NCBI GenBank assembly: GCA_017508605.1
Contig: JAFVYN010000069.1
Span: 1-50,498 of the forward strand
Length of the DNA stretch: 50,498 bases
Direction: 5' to 3'
Source: Clostridia bacterium
GTDB lineage: Bacteria > Bacillota > Clostridia > Oscillospirales > CAG-272
Below, piece after piece: positions 18,382 through 27,716 of the stretch (position 1 is its first letter; each line of letters starts with the position of its first letter). The position numbers were made by a program, and so were the translations under genes. The notes under the pieces were generated by a model. It was given only the letters and a program-made list of their open reading frames with translations. It made no database searches and had not been told where the DNA came from.

Positions 18382-20007
18382 TCAATGATCGGCTTTCGTC
18401 AAGGGAGAAAACCGTTCCATGATCTTGCCTGCCGTCCTGAGTCCGTCAAGGGCTGCCGAGGTAATGCCCCCCGCATAGCCCGCACCCTCACCGCAGGGAT
18501 AGAGCCTCTTTACCGACGGCGATTCTCCGCTCTCCCCTCTCAGAATGCGAAGAGGAGCTGAGGTTCTCGTTTCCACCCCGGTCAGAACGGCATCGGGGGT
18601 ATCAAAACCACGGATATGCCCCGCGAAGGCACAAATACCCGTTTTCAGAAGTCTGCTTACGTATGAAGGCAGGATTGCCGTAAGATCACAAGGGACACAC
18701 GCACCGCCGCGATAGGTCGGAGCAATGCGCCCGGGCATTTCGCCCGATCCCTCCCGTAAGAGATCGCCGACCGTCATCATCGGGGCATCGTAGGGCTTGC
18801 CGCCCGCCTTGAGAGCTGATGCAAACGCCGTCGCCTCCAATTTTCGCTGATAGTCGATCGCCGCCATCGGATCACTGCCGTAATCCTCGGGCAGGACCGA
18901 CACACAAAGGGCGGCGTTGGAATTTTTTCCGTCACGACGGCTGTAGCTCATACCATTGGTCACCACCGCGTTTTCTTCGCTGGCGGCGGCAACGACCTCA
19001 CCGCCCGGACACATGCAGAAGGAATAAACCCCCCGCTCACCCTCGCGGTAAGAAAGCGTATATTCGGCATGGGGCAGATAGATCGCGTCTTTTCCGTACA
19101 TCGCCCGATCGATATCCTCGGCAAGATGCTCAATACGAACGCCCACCGAAAACGCCTTGGGCTGAAGCGCGTGACCGCTTTCGTAAAGATGACGGTAGGT
19201 ATCGCGTGCCGAATGACCGATGGCAAGGATCACCGCTCCCGCATGAAGGGTATCGCCCTCCACCGTCAGAATGACACCGTCCACGGCTTCCCGAATGGCA
19301 TCCACACGGCTGTGATAACGGATCTCGCCTCCGAGAGAAACGATTCTCTCCTCGATGCGCTTTACCACGTTTTTGAGAACGTCGGTACCGATATGGGGCT
19401 TGGCATTGACGGTAATATCGGCGTCCGCTCCGAATTCCACCAGACGCTTCAGCACGTACTGGCAAAGAGGATCGTTCTTTCTCGTCACCAGCTTGCCGTC
19501 CGAAAACGTACCCGCACCGCCCGCACCAAACTGAATGTTGGAGGCGGTATTCAGAATTCCCTCGGTATGAAAGCGAAAAACGTCACGGCTTCTCTCATCG
19601 ATCCCCGCGCCGCGCTCAAGAACGAGCGGACGATAGCCGTATTCGGCAAGCACCAAAGCACCAAACATACCGCAAGGTCCGAATCCCACCACAACGGGGC
19701 GGGAAGAAAGCTTTTCGCTGCCCACCGTTACCCGAAACTCGCCGTCCGCTAAAGGAACTGCAGACAGGCGTTTCAGTACCGCTTCCCCGGGAAGCGCCTC
19801 CAGACGGGCGGCTACCGAGTAAAGATACGCAATGGCATCCCGCTTTCTGGCATCCACCGAACGCTTCGCGACCGTCAGAGAAAGTGGTGTCAGCCCCTCA
19901 AGGGTAAGCTTTTTTCTTGCCGTCCCGAGGGCTGCTTTGTCGCAAAGCGCTCTTTCGCGTTTCTGAAGCGGGATCTTGATATTTTGCAGTAATACCGTCA
20001 CTTGCAT
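18382..20007 (-). CDS. FAD-dependent protein (COG2509-type NAD(FAD)-utilising dehydrogenase)
   Basis: It has a Rossmann GxGxxG motif (VVGFGPCGMFGAL), is 541 aa long, and shows the typical COG2509 layout. Confidence 0.7.
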   Translation of the reverse strand: MQVTVLLQNIKIPLQKRERALCDKAALGTARKKLTLEGLTPLSLTVAKRSVDARKRDAIAYLYSVAARLEALPGEAVLKRLSAVPLADGEFRVTVGSEKLSSRPVVVGFGPCGMFGALVLAEYGYRPLVLERGAGIDERSRDVFRFHTEGILNTASNIQFGAGGAGTFSDGKLVTRKNDPLCQYVLKRLVEFGADADITVNAKPHIGTDVLKNVVKRIEERIVSLGGEIRYHSRVDAIREAVDGVILTVEGDTLHAGAVILAIGHSARDTYRHLYESGHALQPKAFSVGVRIEHLAEDIDRAMYGKDAIYLPHAEYTLSYREGERGVYSFCMCPGGEVVAAASEENAVVTNGMSYSRRDGKNSNAALCVSVLPEDYGSDPMAAIDYQRKLEATAFASALKAGGKPYDAPMMTVGDLLREGSGEMPGRIAPTYRGGACVPCDLTAILPSYVSRLLKTGICAFAGHIRGFDTPDAVLTGVETRTSAPLRILRGESGESPSVKRLYPCGEGAGYAGGITSAALDGLRTAGKIMERFSPLTKADH

Positions 20008-21425
20008 CAGCGATCCGATCCTCCGCTTACCGTCACGGTATAGGGGACACCGTTTGCGAAACGCTCCACGATACGGGAGTCAAAGTCGGAGGAGAACAGC
20101 ACCGTCACAGGTGCCTTGTTCTCTCGGGAAAGATCAAGATCCGCTACGTTCACAATGAGCGTGATCCCCTCGCGTCCCTGGGAGATCGCAGTCTCAAGAT
20201 AATATAAATACGCGTTGTCACTGATGGCAGTCAGTGTCAGAGCAAGAGATTCCTCACGTACTTCGGCATCGCCGCCCACGACCTTAAAATAGGTTTTCGG
20301 TACCGTCACGGTAACAGAAGAACCAAGCTTCAGCGTCGCCGTTACGGTCAGCTTGCCGTCCTTGATGCTCTCACCGTCAGCCGTGATAAGCTCCGTCACA
20401 CCGATCGGCAAGGCAGAAAGCGTCACGTTGAAGCTCTTGGTTACTTCGTCCATGACGATGCTTCTGATATCAAACGTGCCGAGCGAGAGCGAGCGGATCG
20501 CCTGAATGCTCATCGGCTCACCCTTGATGGTCACGGCAGTATGCGATAAGGTGATCTGCTCTCCCCCGATCACACCGTTCACCTCAGTCAGTGTCAGCGG
20601 AACGGTCTTTTTCATGACAAGGGGAAGCGTTACACTCACAGCCGAACGAACCACACCGTTTTTGGTGGCGGTGATCTTCAGATTGCGGTCAGAAATTACC
20701 TCACCGCTTGCGTTCAGCGCCTCTACCACAGCAGAGAGATTGGTGCTTGAGGTCATAGTGAAATGGTCGATCAATCTGATGCGGAGATCGGTGATCTCAC
20801 CGAGCAGCATGGTGGGAGCTTCTATCTTCACCGAGTCCACGTTCATGGTAACGGCGTCAAAATTGATCTCGCATCCGCTGGCGATACTCCAGTTTTCAAA
20901 ATACAGCTTCGAGCTGTCGACTTTAAAAGATTTGGAAGCCACGGTATCGACGGTGACTTCGATCACTTCCTTCGTCATTGATTCGGCAAGCGCCACGCCC
21001 GAAGGCAGATTGTATTTGACGGTCTTTTCGTACACTCCCGGCTCGGTGACGTCAGAGAGATCGACGTATGCCCAGAGATTGTCATAGGTAACATCTGAAA
21101 GAGAGGCTTTCGTACCTCTCAGCGTTACGTTGGTGTTGTAATAGGTCATGTCGAGGACAGCAAGACCGTTTGCGGTCATTTCCTCGGCACCCATGACCTG
21201 AACGGGGATAACATCAAAGGTCTCCTCCACGTGCTTGGTAGCATCGTTGGTGGAAAAGACGTAAAGCCAGATGAAAAAGGCAAAGACAACGGTCAGAACC
21301 TTGGCGATATTGTCAAGACGGCGATCCTTACGGCTCTTTTGCGGAGATTTCGTTTCTCCTTCGGAAGAGGAATTCTTTTCCAGCCAATCGGATTCAAAGT
21401 TCTTATTCTTCATATCTTCGCTCAT
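20007..21425 (-). CDS. cdaR: YbbR-domain protein, CdaA regulator CdaR
   Basis: An N-terminal TM anchor is followed by repeated YbbR-like beta modules. The gene lies immediately downstream of cdaA with an ATGA overlap. Confidence 0.75.
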   Translation of the reverse strand: MSEDMKNKNFESDWLEKNSSSEGETKSPQKSRKDRRLDNIAKVLTVVFAFFIWLYVFSTNDATKHVEETFDVIPVQVMGAEEMTANGLAVLDMTYYNTNVTLRGTKASLSDVTYDNLWAYVDLSDVTEPGVYEKTVKYNLPSGVALAESMTKEVIEVTVDTVASKSFKVDSSKLYFENWSIASGCEINFDAVTMNVDSVKIEAPTMLLGEITDLRIRLIDHFTMTSSTNLSAVVEALNASGEVISDRNLKITATKNGVVRSAVSVTLPLVMKKTVPLTLTEVNGVIGGEQITLSHTAVTIKGEPMSIQAIRSLSLGTFDIRSIVMDEVTKSFNVTLSALPIGVTELITADGESIKDGKLTVTATLKLGSSVTVTVPKTYFKVVGGDAEVREESLALTLTAISDNAYLYYLETAISQGREGITLIVNVADLDLSRENKAPVTVLFSSDFDSRIVERFANGVPYTVTVSGGSDR

Positions 21426-22312
21426 TGCTCGCCCTCTCCTTTCTCATCGTGTTTTTTGTTAAACTGACCGGCGATACGGCTGAAAAACGCCTTAACAGGA
21501 TTTTTGGTGTTTTCGGGATTTTGTGCCAGCATCACATCACGAAGTGCCTTGCTGAGTGAAATATGGTCATAACCCCGACGAAGTTTGCCCTCCTGCGCCA
21601 CCGAGATCACGCCGGTCTCCTCGCTGACCACGATCACCACGGCATCGCTTACCTCGGAAAGCCCGATCGCCGCACGGTGTCTTGTGCCGAGATCCTTTAC
21701 GATATCGGGATTGGTCGACAGCGGTAAAAAGCAACCCGCCGCACGCACTCTGCTGTCCCTGAGGATCACTGCACCGTCGTGCATCGGCGCTTTGTTAAAG
21801 AAAATGTTCTTGAGCAGATAGCTGTTCACCTTGGCATCAAGCTCGGTGCCGCTTTCGGCATAGGGGGTGAGATCGGTCGTTCGCTCAATAACGATAAGCA
21901 CGCCCGTTCTGTCGAGCGCCATATTGCAGGCGGCATCGCAGATATTCGAAATGGCGTCGTTGTATTCGGCATAGGACGCCTTGGAGTCCGCCAGGTTTCT
22001 GAAGGAACGGATCGGCTCGCTGCCCACCTTTTCAAGAGCCGAGCGAAGCTCGGGCTGAAAGACGATCACAAGCGCGATCATACCGACCTGCAGAACGTTC
22101 TGCAAAATGAACTGCATCACGGTGAGATTCAGAAAATCGCTGAACAGATTCAGAGCGAATAAGATAATTACACCGACCGCCAGCTTGGTCGCACGGCGTT
22201 CACGGATAAATTTATACAGCGCATACAAAATGAATGCGACGAGACCGATATCGAGAATGTCGAGAATATCCATCTCTTTGATGTAATTGAGAATTTCGGT
22301 TAACCGTTCCAT
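21422..22312 (-). CDS. cdaA: Diadenylate cyclase CdaA
   Basis: Three N-terminal TM helices precede a DAC domain (DGAVILRDSRVRAAGCFLPLS, GTRHRAAIGLSE). ATG 22312 is chosen. The ORF could open at TTG 22387. Confidence 0.85.
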   Translation of the reverse strand: MERLTEILNYIKEMDILDILDIGLVAFILYALYKFIRERRATKLAVGVIILFALNLFSDFLNLTVMQFILQNVLQVGMIALVIVFQPELRSALEKVGSEPIRSFRNLADSKASYAEYNDAISNICDAACNMALDRTGVLIVIERTTDLTPYAESGTELDAKVNSYLLKNIFFNKAPMHDGAVILRDSRVRAAGCFLPLSTNPDIVKDLGTRHRAAIGLSEVSDAVVIVVSEETGVISVAQEGKLRRGYDHISLSKALRDVMLAQNPENTKNPVKAFFSRIAGQFNKKHDEKGEGEQ

Positions 22313-22383
22313 AGTGTATTCACGATCGCTTAAAAGCGCCTTTCTGTGTTGTTTTGTCAGATCCTGATCGGGCACTTCCCGAA

Positions 22384-23268
22384 TCAAGACCCCTCAAACA
22401 AAGACGTCTCGTCAAGAAGCGCATCCAAAAACCGCTGTACCGTGCGGATGTCAGACAGAAGGATCCGTTCGATCTCCTGTCGGTCGAGTCTTCCGAAAAC
22501 TTTAGGCTCATACCGTGTCCTTGTGCCGTGTCGGGCTATATGTAAGCGGTTACGGTGAAAATAAAACATGAGATCCCCGGGCAAGTCATAATTCAGCCTG
22601 AGGATCGCCTGCTCCAGAGCAGGTGTCAGGAAGCTCTCCGCCTCTTTTTTGCCGACAGCGTAGACCTTGAAGAAGCGCCCGAGCGCCTCACTTTCGGTAT
22701 ACGTGCGGTTGAGATCGGGATGCTCGCCGCGAGGCTTCTGGGCGTTCAGGAAGGACTTTTCCTTGACCTGAAGACTTTCCCGAAAGCTTTTGTCAAAGGT
22801 GAAGACCATCCAGCCGCCGTCAAAATAGGTCACACGGAAATCTTTTCCGTTTTTCTTCACACGGCTTCTCAGCGCAACGTCGGACATCACGCAGTCGATC
22901 CCCCGATACCGTCCCGTTCGGAATTCCGAGGCACGATATTCGTTCCCCATCATGATCATGTCGGTATCCTCGATCAGAGACCGCGCGATCCCATCGTCGG
23001 GCTTGTAGGTCACATTCTCAAACTCCGCCTCCAGGATCTCACGCTGCATGTTACGGGCATAGAGCCGCATATACCGTGATATGCGAAGACGGATGACGGG
23101 AAGCATCACAAGAAAGAGCGCGAAGAGTATCGCGGCAAGTGTTATGCGGATTCCCTGAGAAAGAGGAACGAGCAGAGCGACAAGACCTAGCGTAAAGAGA
23201 ATGAGCGCGGCAAAGGAACAGACTAAAATTTCCTTTCGCAATTTTTCCAGAGCGGCAAACAGATCCAT
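22384..23268 (-). CDS. DUF3137-like membrane protein
   Basis: Two N-terminal TM helices are followed by a globular domain. The pattern is recalled from the DUF3137 family. It is the first gene of the cdaA operon. Confidence 0.55.
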   Translation of the reverse strand: MDLFAALEKLRKEILVCSFAALILFTLGLVALLVPLSQGIRITLAAILFALFLVMLPVIRLRISRYMRLYARNMQREILEAEFENVTYKPDDGIARSLIEDTDMIMMGNEYRASEFRTGRYRGIDCVMSDVALRSRVKKNGKDFRVTYFDGGWMVFTFDKSFRESLQVKEKSFLNAQKPRGEHPDLNRTYTESEALGRFFKVYAVGKKEAESFLTPALEQAILRLNYDLPGDLMFYFHRNRLHIARHGTRTRYEPKVFGRLDRQEIERILLSDIRTVQRFLDALLDETSLFEGS

Positions 23269-23323
23269 ACGTACCTCCTTCTGATGATACTATTCCCATT
23301 ATACTATAATAATTTATTTATAT

Positions 23324-23352
23324 ATTATAACGGATTTCTGCTATTATGTCAA
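23324..23352 (-). promoter_or_regulatory. Consensus sigma-A promoter for the DUF3137-cdaA-cdaR... operon
   Basis: Minus strand has TTGACA (23352..23347), a 17-nt spacer, then TATAAT (23329..23324), within an AT-rich intergenic region. Confidence 0.7.
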
Positions 23353-23394
23353 TAAAAAGCCGCAAAAAAAGTTAAAAAACGATAGAAAAAGCAG

Positions 23395-24051
23395 TCAGAT
23401 CCCCTCCACCATGGCATAGAGCGTGTCCATAGCTTCCCGAACACCTCCGATGGCACCGATCAGACCCTCCGAAACCGCCTCATAGCCGTCAAGCACCGTG
23501 CCGATATCGGTCGAAAGCTGATCGGGTGCCGTCATCAATTCCCGCAGTCTGTCTTTCGAAATGGCGGAATGCGAAAGAATAAATCGGTTGATGCGGTTTT
23601 GCACGCCCTCGAGATACTGATAGGTCTGCTCTGCCCCGATCACCGTTCCGTTGATACGGACGGGATGAAGCGTCAGAGTAGCGCTCGGCACAATAAAGGA
23701 CCGTCTTGCACTGACGGCAAGGGGAACACCAATCGAATGACCGCCCCCAAGCACCAGGGAGACCGTCGGTTTTCTGAGAGAGGCGATCATTTCCGCCATG
23801 CAAAGCCCCGCCTCCACGTCGCCCCCGACGGTATTGAGTAAAACGAGAAGTCCCGATACCGTCTCGTCTTCCTCAAATGCTACCAGCGAGGGCAATACCT
23901 CCTCGTACTTCGTCACCTTCTGTCCCTCCGACAGCGCAGAATGTCCCTCAATCTGTCCAATCACCGTCAGAGAGCGGATCTTCCCACGCGTTTTTTGGCA
24001 AAATTTCTCTTCGCTTGCCGCCGCCTCGCCAAAAAAATCGACTTTTTTCAT
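23395..24051 (-). CDS. tepA: ClpP-fold serine protease, TepA-like
   Basis: LLVLLNTVGGDVEAGLCMAEMIASLRKPTVSLVLGGGHSIGVPLAVSA is the ClpP/TepA family pattern. Confidence 0.7.
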   Translation of the reverse strand: MKKVDFFGEAAASEEKFCQKTRGKIRSLTVIGQIEGHSALSEGQKVTKYEEVLPSLVAFEEDETVSGLLVLLNTVGGDVEAGLCMAEMIASLRKPTVSLVLGGGHSIGVPLAVSARRSFIVPSATLTLHPVRINGTVIGAEQTYQYLEGVQNRINRFILSHSAISKDRLRELMTAPDQLSTDIGTVLDGYEAVSEGLIGAIGGVREAMDTLYAMVEGI

Positions 24052-24072
24052 AAAAAAAGTTCTCCGTTCTTG

Positions 24073-24101
24073 TTTACTTTATCGAAAATATATGCTATAC
24101 T
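24073..24101 (+). promoter_or_regulatory. Putative sigma-A promoter of pduL
   Basis: TTTACT, a 17-nt spacer, then TATACT preceded by TGC (extended -10). Confidence 0.5.
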
Positions 24102-24167
24102 GTATAAAGACACAAAGATAGTATGGTCAGTTTTTGACCGAATACCAAAAACAAAAGGAGTCAAAAC

Positions 24168-24746
24168 ATGGAAACTTTTATCGTTGAAACCTCCGCGCGT
24201 CACATTCATCTGTCGCAGGAGCACATTGACATTCTCTTCGGCGAGGGCTACACCCTCACCAACAAAAAAGACCTTTCTCAGCCCGGTCAGTTCGCATGCG
24301 CCGAAAGACTTGACGTTGTAGGTCCCAAGAAGACCATCCCCGGTGTTTCGATCCTCGGTCCCGCCCGCAAGGCAAGCCAGGTCGAGGTATCCTATACCGA
24401 TGCGAGAACCCTCGGCGTAACCGCTCCCGTCCGTGAAAGCGGCGATACCGCAGGTTCTCCCGGCGTGACCCTCGTCAATCCCCAGAACGGCGCATCAGTC
24501 GTTCTCACCGAGGGTGTGATCGTTGCCAAGCGCCACATTCACATGACCCCCGCTGATGCCGAGACCTTCGGTGTTGCGGATAAGGAGATCGTTTCGGTCA
24601 AGGTTGATACCAATGGCAGAAGCACTGTATTCGGAGACACCGTCGTTCGCGTATCTCCCACCTTCGCTCTCGCTATGCATATCGACACCGACGAAGCCAA
24701 TGCCGCTGCTGCTTTTGCCGGCACGGTCGGTTACATCGTAAAGTAA
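24168..24746 (+). CDS. pduL: Phosphate propanoyl/acetyl-transferase PduL
   Basis: ETSARHIHLSQEHIDILFG and AKRHIHMTPADAETFGV are the duplicated PduL motifs. An AAAAGGAG SD precedes the start. Confidence 0.85.
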   Translation: METFIVETSARHIHLSQEHIDILFGEGYTLTNKKDLSQPGQFACAERLDVVGPKKTIPGVSILGPARKASQVEVSYTDARTLGVTAPVRESGDTAGSPGVTLVNPQNGASVVLTEGVIVAKRHIHMTPADAETFGVADKEIVSVKVDTNGRSTVFGDTVVRVSPTFALAMHIDTDEANAAAAFAGTVGYIVK

Positions 24747-24755
24747 ATCAAGCAA

Positions 24756-24793
24756 AACAACCGTCTGAGATTCGCTTAGACGGTTGTTTTTTT
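24756..24793 (+). terminator. Intrinsic terminator after pduL
   Basis: The hairpin ACAACCGTCTgagattcgcttAGACGGTTGT is followed by TTTTTTT. Confidence 0.8.
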
Positions 24794-24859
24794 GCTACAA
24801 AAAAATTCTAAATTTTTATAAAAAATCACGTTTTTTTCGTTAATTCTCCCAAAAGCCTA

Positions 24860-24887
24860 TTGACTTTTTTGTAAATTCTGCTATAAT
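24860..24887 (+). promoter_or_regulatory. Putative sigma-A promoter of the YwaF-like gene
   Basis: TTGACT, a 16-nt spacer, then TATAAT preceded by TGC. Confidence 0.6.
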
Positions 24888-24931
24888 ATCGGATGTTTGA
24901 CCAAAATTATAAAAAAGAAAGGCAGTCAATT

Positions 24932-25690
24932 ATGCTTTGGGGTTCCTTTGGGGCCGTTCATCTCATCAGCCTTCTCGCGGCAGTCGGCATGATGATCGGC
25001 ATTTATTTTATTCTGAAAAATAAAACGGAAAAAGTCCAACGTATCACCTTATTCTTGCTTTCTCTCAGCGGAATCGCCGCTATTGTTTTTAATCTCCTCA
25101 AATGGGATTCGCCGATCGAATATCTTCCCTTCCACATGTGCTCGATCACCGCGATGCTTTTACCTCTCGCTATTCTCATCAAGAGCCGCGCGCTCTCCAA
25201 TCTGCTTCTTCTCTGGCTGCTCGGCGCAGTGTTTGCCCTTGTCATGAATACCCAACAAGCAGGCTATGAGCTTCTCTCCGACACCTTCGCCTTCTATTTC
25301 TTCCCACACGTGTTCGAGGCAGGCATTCCGGTTCTCATGTTCAAATTGAAGCTTTGGAAAAAGGATTACCACGCCATTCCCACTACCATCGGACTAACCT
25401 TTGTGATCTACACCGCCGTCCATTTCATCAACGAGCTTCTCAATCGCTACGTTGCCATCAACCACATCGTCGATTACGCGGGAAATCCCATTTTTTTAAA
25501 CTACATGTACTCTCAGAAGCCTGTCGTTCCTTTTTTGGAACTGCTTTGGAAGATCGTTCCTCACGAATACTTTTATCTGCTTCTGGCTCTTCCCATCATC
25601 GCCCTGTATCTTTCAATCATCTACCTTCCTGAAATCGTCAGCGTTCTTCGTAAGAAGCACAAAGCCAAAAAAGCATTGCTTGCCGCATAA
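24932..25690 (+). CDS. YwaF/TIGR02206-family integral membrane protein
   Basis: It has seven or more TM segments and the LPFHMCSI motif. ATG 24932 is chosen because ATG 24893 lies only 6 nt after the -10 box. Confidence 0.65.
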   Translation: MLWGSFGAVHLISLLAAVGMMIGIYFILKNKTEKVQRITLFLLSLSGIAAIVFNLLKWDSPIEYLPFHMCSITAMLLPLAILIKSRALSNLLLLWLLGAVFALVMNTQQAGYELLSDTFAFYFFPHVFEAGIPVLMFKLKLWKKDYHAIPTTIGLTFVIYTAVHFINELLNRYVAINHIVDYAGNPIFLNYMYSQKPVVPFLELLWKIVPHEYFYLLLALPIIALYLSIIYLPEIVSVLRKKHKAKKALLAA

Positions 25691-25704
25691 AGGCACATCA
25701 TAAA

Positions 25705-25742
25705 AACAAGGCTGTTGCACGTTCGCGTGCAACAGCCTTGTT
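25705..25742. terminator. Bidirectional terminator between the convergent YwaF-like gene and transketolase
   Basis: AACAAGGCTGTTGCACG ttcg CGTGCAACAGCCTTGTT forms a 17-bp perfect stem flanked by A and T runs. Confidence 0.85.
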
Positions 25743-25780
25743 TATGATAGATCCGTTTGAAAAAAGAGACGCGGCAGGCG

Positions 25781-26710
25781 TTACGAAAGAGCTGCCTCGA
25801 CCTTTTCGGCAATACCTTCAGGCGTAAGACCGAAGTATTCAAGAACAGCATCGGACGAACCCGAAAGACCGAAGGTGTCGTTGATACCGACTCTCGTCAG
25901 CTTGCAGGGATAGGTTTCGGTAATTGCCTCCGCAACGGCGGAACCGAGACCGCCGATCACAGAATGCTCTTCTACGGTAACGATGTTAGCGGTCTTCTTG
26001 GCATACTTGCCGATCAGCTCTCTGTCAAGGGGCTTGATGGTGTGAATGTTGATCACGGCGGCGTCAATGCCCTTTGCCTTCAGAAGCTCTCTTGCCTTCA
26101 GTGCCTTGGCGACCATGATACCGGTCGCGACAATGGTCACATCCTTGCCATCGGCAAGCACAACGCCCTTGCCAAGCTCGAACTTATAGCCCTCACCGTT
26201 GACAGCAGGGGTATTGGGGCGGGCAAGACGCAGGTAAACGGGACCCTTGACCTCAAGAAGAGCCGCCTCAGTTGCAAGTGCCGCTTCGATCGCGTCACAG
26301 GGCGAGATCACGGTCATATTGGGAACGACACGCATCAGCGCGATGTCCTCACAGCACTGGTGAGAGGCGCCGTCTTCACCGACCGACACACCCGCATGGG
26401 AAGCGCCGATCACAACGTGCAGATTGGGGTAAGCGATCGAGTTACGGATCTGCTCATAGCCTCTGCCCGCGGTAAACATCGCATAGGACGAGGCAACGGC
26501 GGGCGTACCCGTGGAGGCAATACCTGCCGCAACACCGATCATATTGGCTTCGGCAATGCCGCATTCAATATAGCGTTCGGGAAATTCTTTTTTGAAATAT
26601 TCTACCTTAACGGAATCGGCAAGGTCGGCGGACAAAACGTAAAAATCATGCTTTTTGCCAAGCTCGACGAGCGCGCGGCCGTAGGCTTCTCTGGTTGCGA
26701 TATCAGCCAT
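25781..26710 (-). CDS. Transketolase, C-terminal (pyrimidine-binding) subunit
   Basis: ATG 26710 follows a GGGGGAGA SD. MADIATREAYGRALVELG is typical. The ORF-track extension to 26818 overlaps the upstream subunit. Confidence 0.85.
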   Translation of the reverse strand: MADIATREAYGRALVELGKKHDFYVLSADLADSVKVEYFKKEFPERYIECGIAEANMIGVAAGIASTGTPAVASSYAMFTAGRGYEQIRNSIAYPNLHVVIGASHAGVSVGEDGASHQCCEDIALMRVVPNMTVISPCDAIEAALATEAALLEVKGPVYLRLARPNTPAVNGEGYKFELGKGVVLADGKDVTIVATGIMVAKALKARELLKAKGIDAAVINIHTIKPLDRELIGKYAKKTANIVTVEEHSVIGGLGSAVAEAITETYPCKLTRVGINDTFGLSGSSDAVLEYFGLTPEGIAEKVEAALS

Positions 26711-26723
26711 CGTATTCTCCCCC

Positions 26724-27554
26724 TCAGTTCTCTTCAATTTCTTTGCAGGCGGCGGCATACTGCTCGGCATTGGGCGCATTGCCGTGCCACTTGGGACTGC
26801 CTTCCATGAAGGAAACACCCTTACCCTTGACGGTATGGCAAATGATCGCCGTCGGACCTTCGTTTGCCTTGGCGTTCATCAGTGCAGACTCGATCTCTTC
26901 GAAATTATGACCGTCGATCTCGGCGGTGTGCCAACCGAATGCCTCGAATTTCTTCGCAATATCAAGCGTTCTCGAGATCTCGTCCGTTGCTGCCGAAAGC
27001 TGCACCTTGTTGAAGTCCACGAAAACGTAGAGATTCGACAGCTTATAGTGGTTGGCAAGCATCACAGCCTCCCAGATCTGACCTTCCTGAAGCTCACCGT
27101 CACCGACGATGCAGTATACGTTATACGCCCCCTTGGCAGCAATCGCCATGCCGCAAGCGGTGGAGAGACCCTGACCGAGAGAGCCTGTCGACATATCGAC
27201 ACCGGGAGTCTTCAGAGATGCGGGATGACCTTGAAGGATCGAACCGACGCGGCGAAGCGTCTTCATCTCCTCTTCGGGGAAAAAGCCCTTCTGACAAAGA
27301 GCCGCGTACAGTGCGGGAGCGGCATGACCCTTTGAAAGAACGAAACGGTCACGGTCAGGCTTGCCCGGTTCGTCTGCCGAAACATTCATCTCGGCAAAAT
27401 AGAGATAAGTGACGATCTCGGCGATCGAAAGGCTGCCGCCGGGATGACCGCTCTTAGCGGAAAAGATCCCTTCCAGGGAAAGAAGTCGGTTTTTCTTGGC
27501 TTTTTCTTTCAAAGCCATCAGCTGTTCGTGAGTCAAGAATGCCTCCTTGTGCAT
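26724..27554 (-). CDS. Transketolase, N-terminal (TPP-binding) subunit
   Basis: The motifs SGHPGGSLS, GSLGQGLS and GDGELQEG are present. A GGAGG SD precedes the start. Confidence 0.85.
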   Translation of the reverse strand: MHKEAFLTHEQLMALKEKAKKNRLLSLEGIFSAKSGHPGGSLSIAEIVTYLYFAEMNVSADEPGKPDRDRFVLSKGHAAPALYAALCQKGFFPEEEMKTLRRVGSILQGHPASLKTPGVDMSTGSLGQGLSTACGMAIAAKGAYNVYCIVGDGELQEGQIWEAVMLANHYKLSNLYVFVDFNKVQLSAATDEISRTLDIAKKFEAFGWHTAEIDGHNFEEIESALMNAKANEGPTAIICHTVKGKGVSFMEGSPKWHGNAPNAEQYAAACKEIEEN

Positions 27555-27630
27555 AGAAACTATGCGGTTTATTCATAAAGATACAGTTTATACTACCATA
27601 AAATCCGCGGCTTTTCAATAGTTTTTTCAA

Positions 27631-27653
27631 ACTTTGATGATATTTATCAAAGT
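27631..27653. promoter_or_regulatory. Inverted repeat ACTTTGAT-N7-ATCAAAGT upstream of the transketolase operon (candidate operator)
   Basis: Perfect 8-bp arms lie about 75-100 nt upstream of the tkt ATG and just upstream of a possible TTGAAA -35 element. Confidence 0.35.
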
Positions 27654-27716
27654 ACATAAAAAAATCCCGAAAAACAAGACGATCCGCACGTCTTTCACAA
27701 AACGCGCGGACCGATC

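Noticed and set aside
24168-24746. pduL as a marker of a propanediol-utilisation microcompartment locus.
   Set aside because: No shell proteins or pdu/eut genes are adjacent, and the gene has its own promoter and terminator. It most likely serves as a stand-alone phosphotransacylase.
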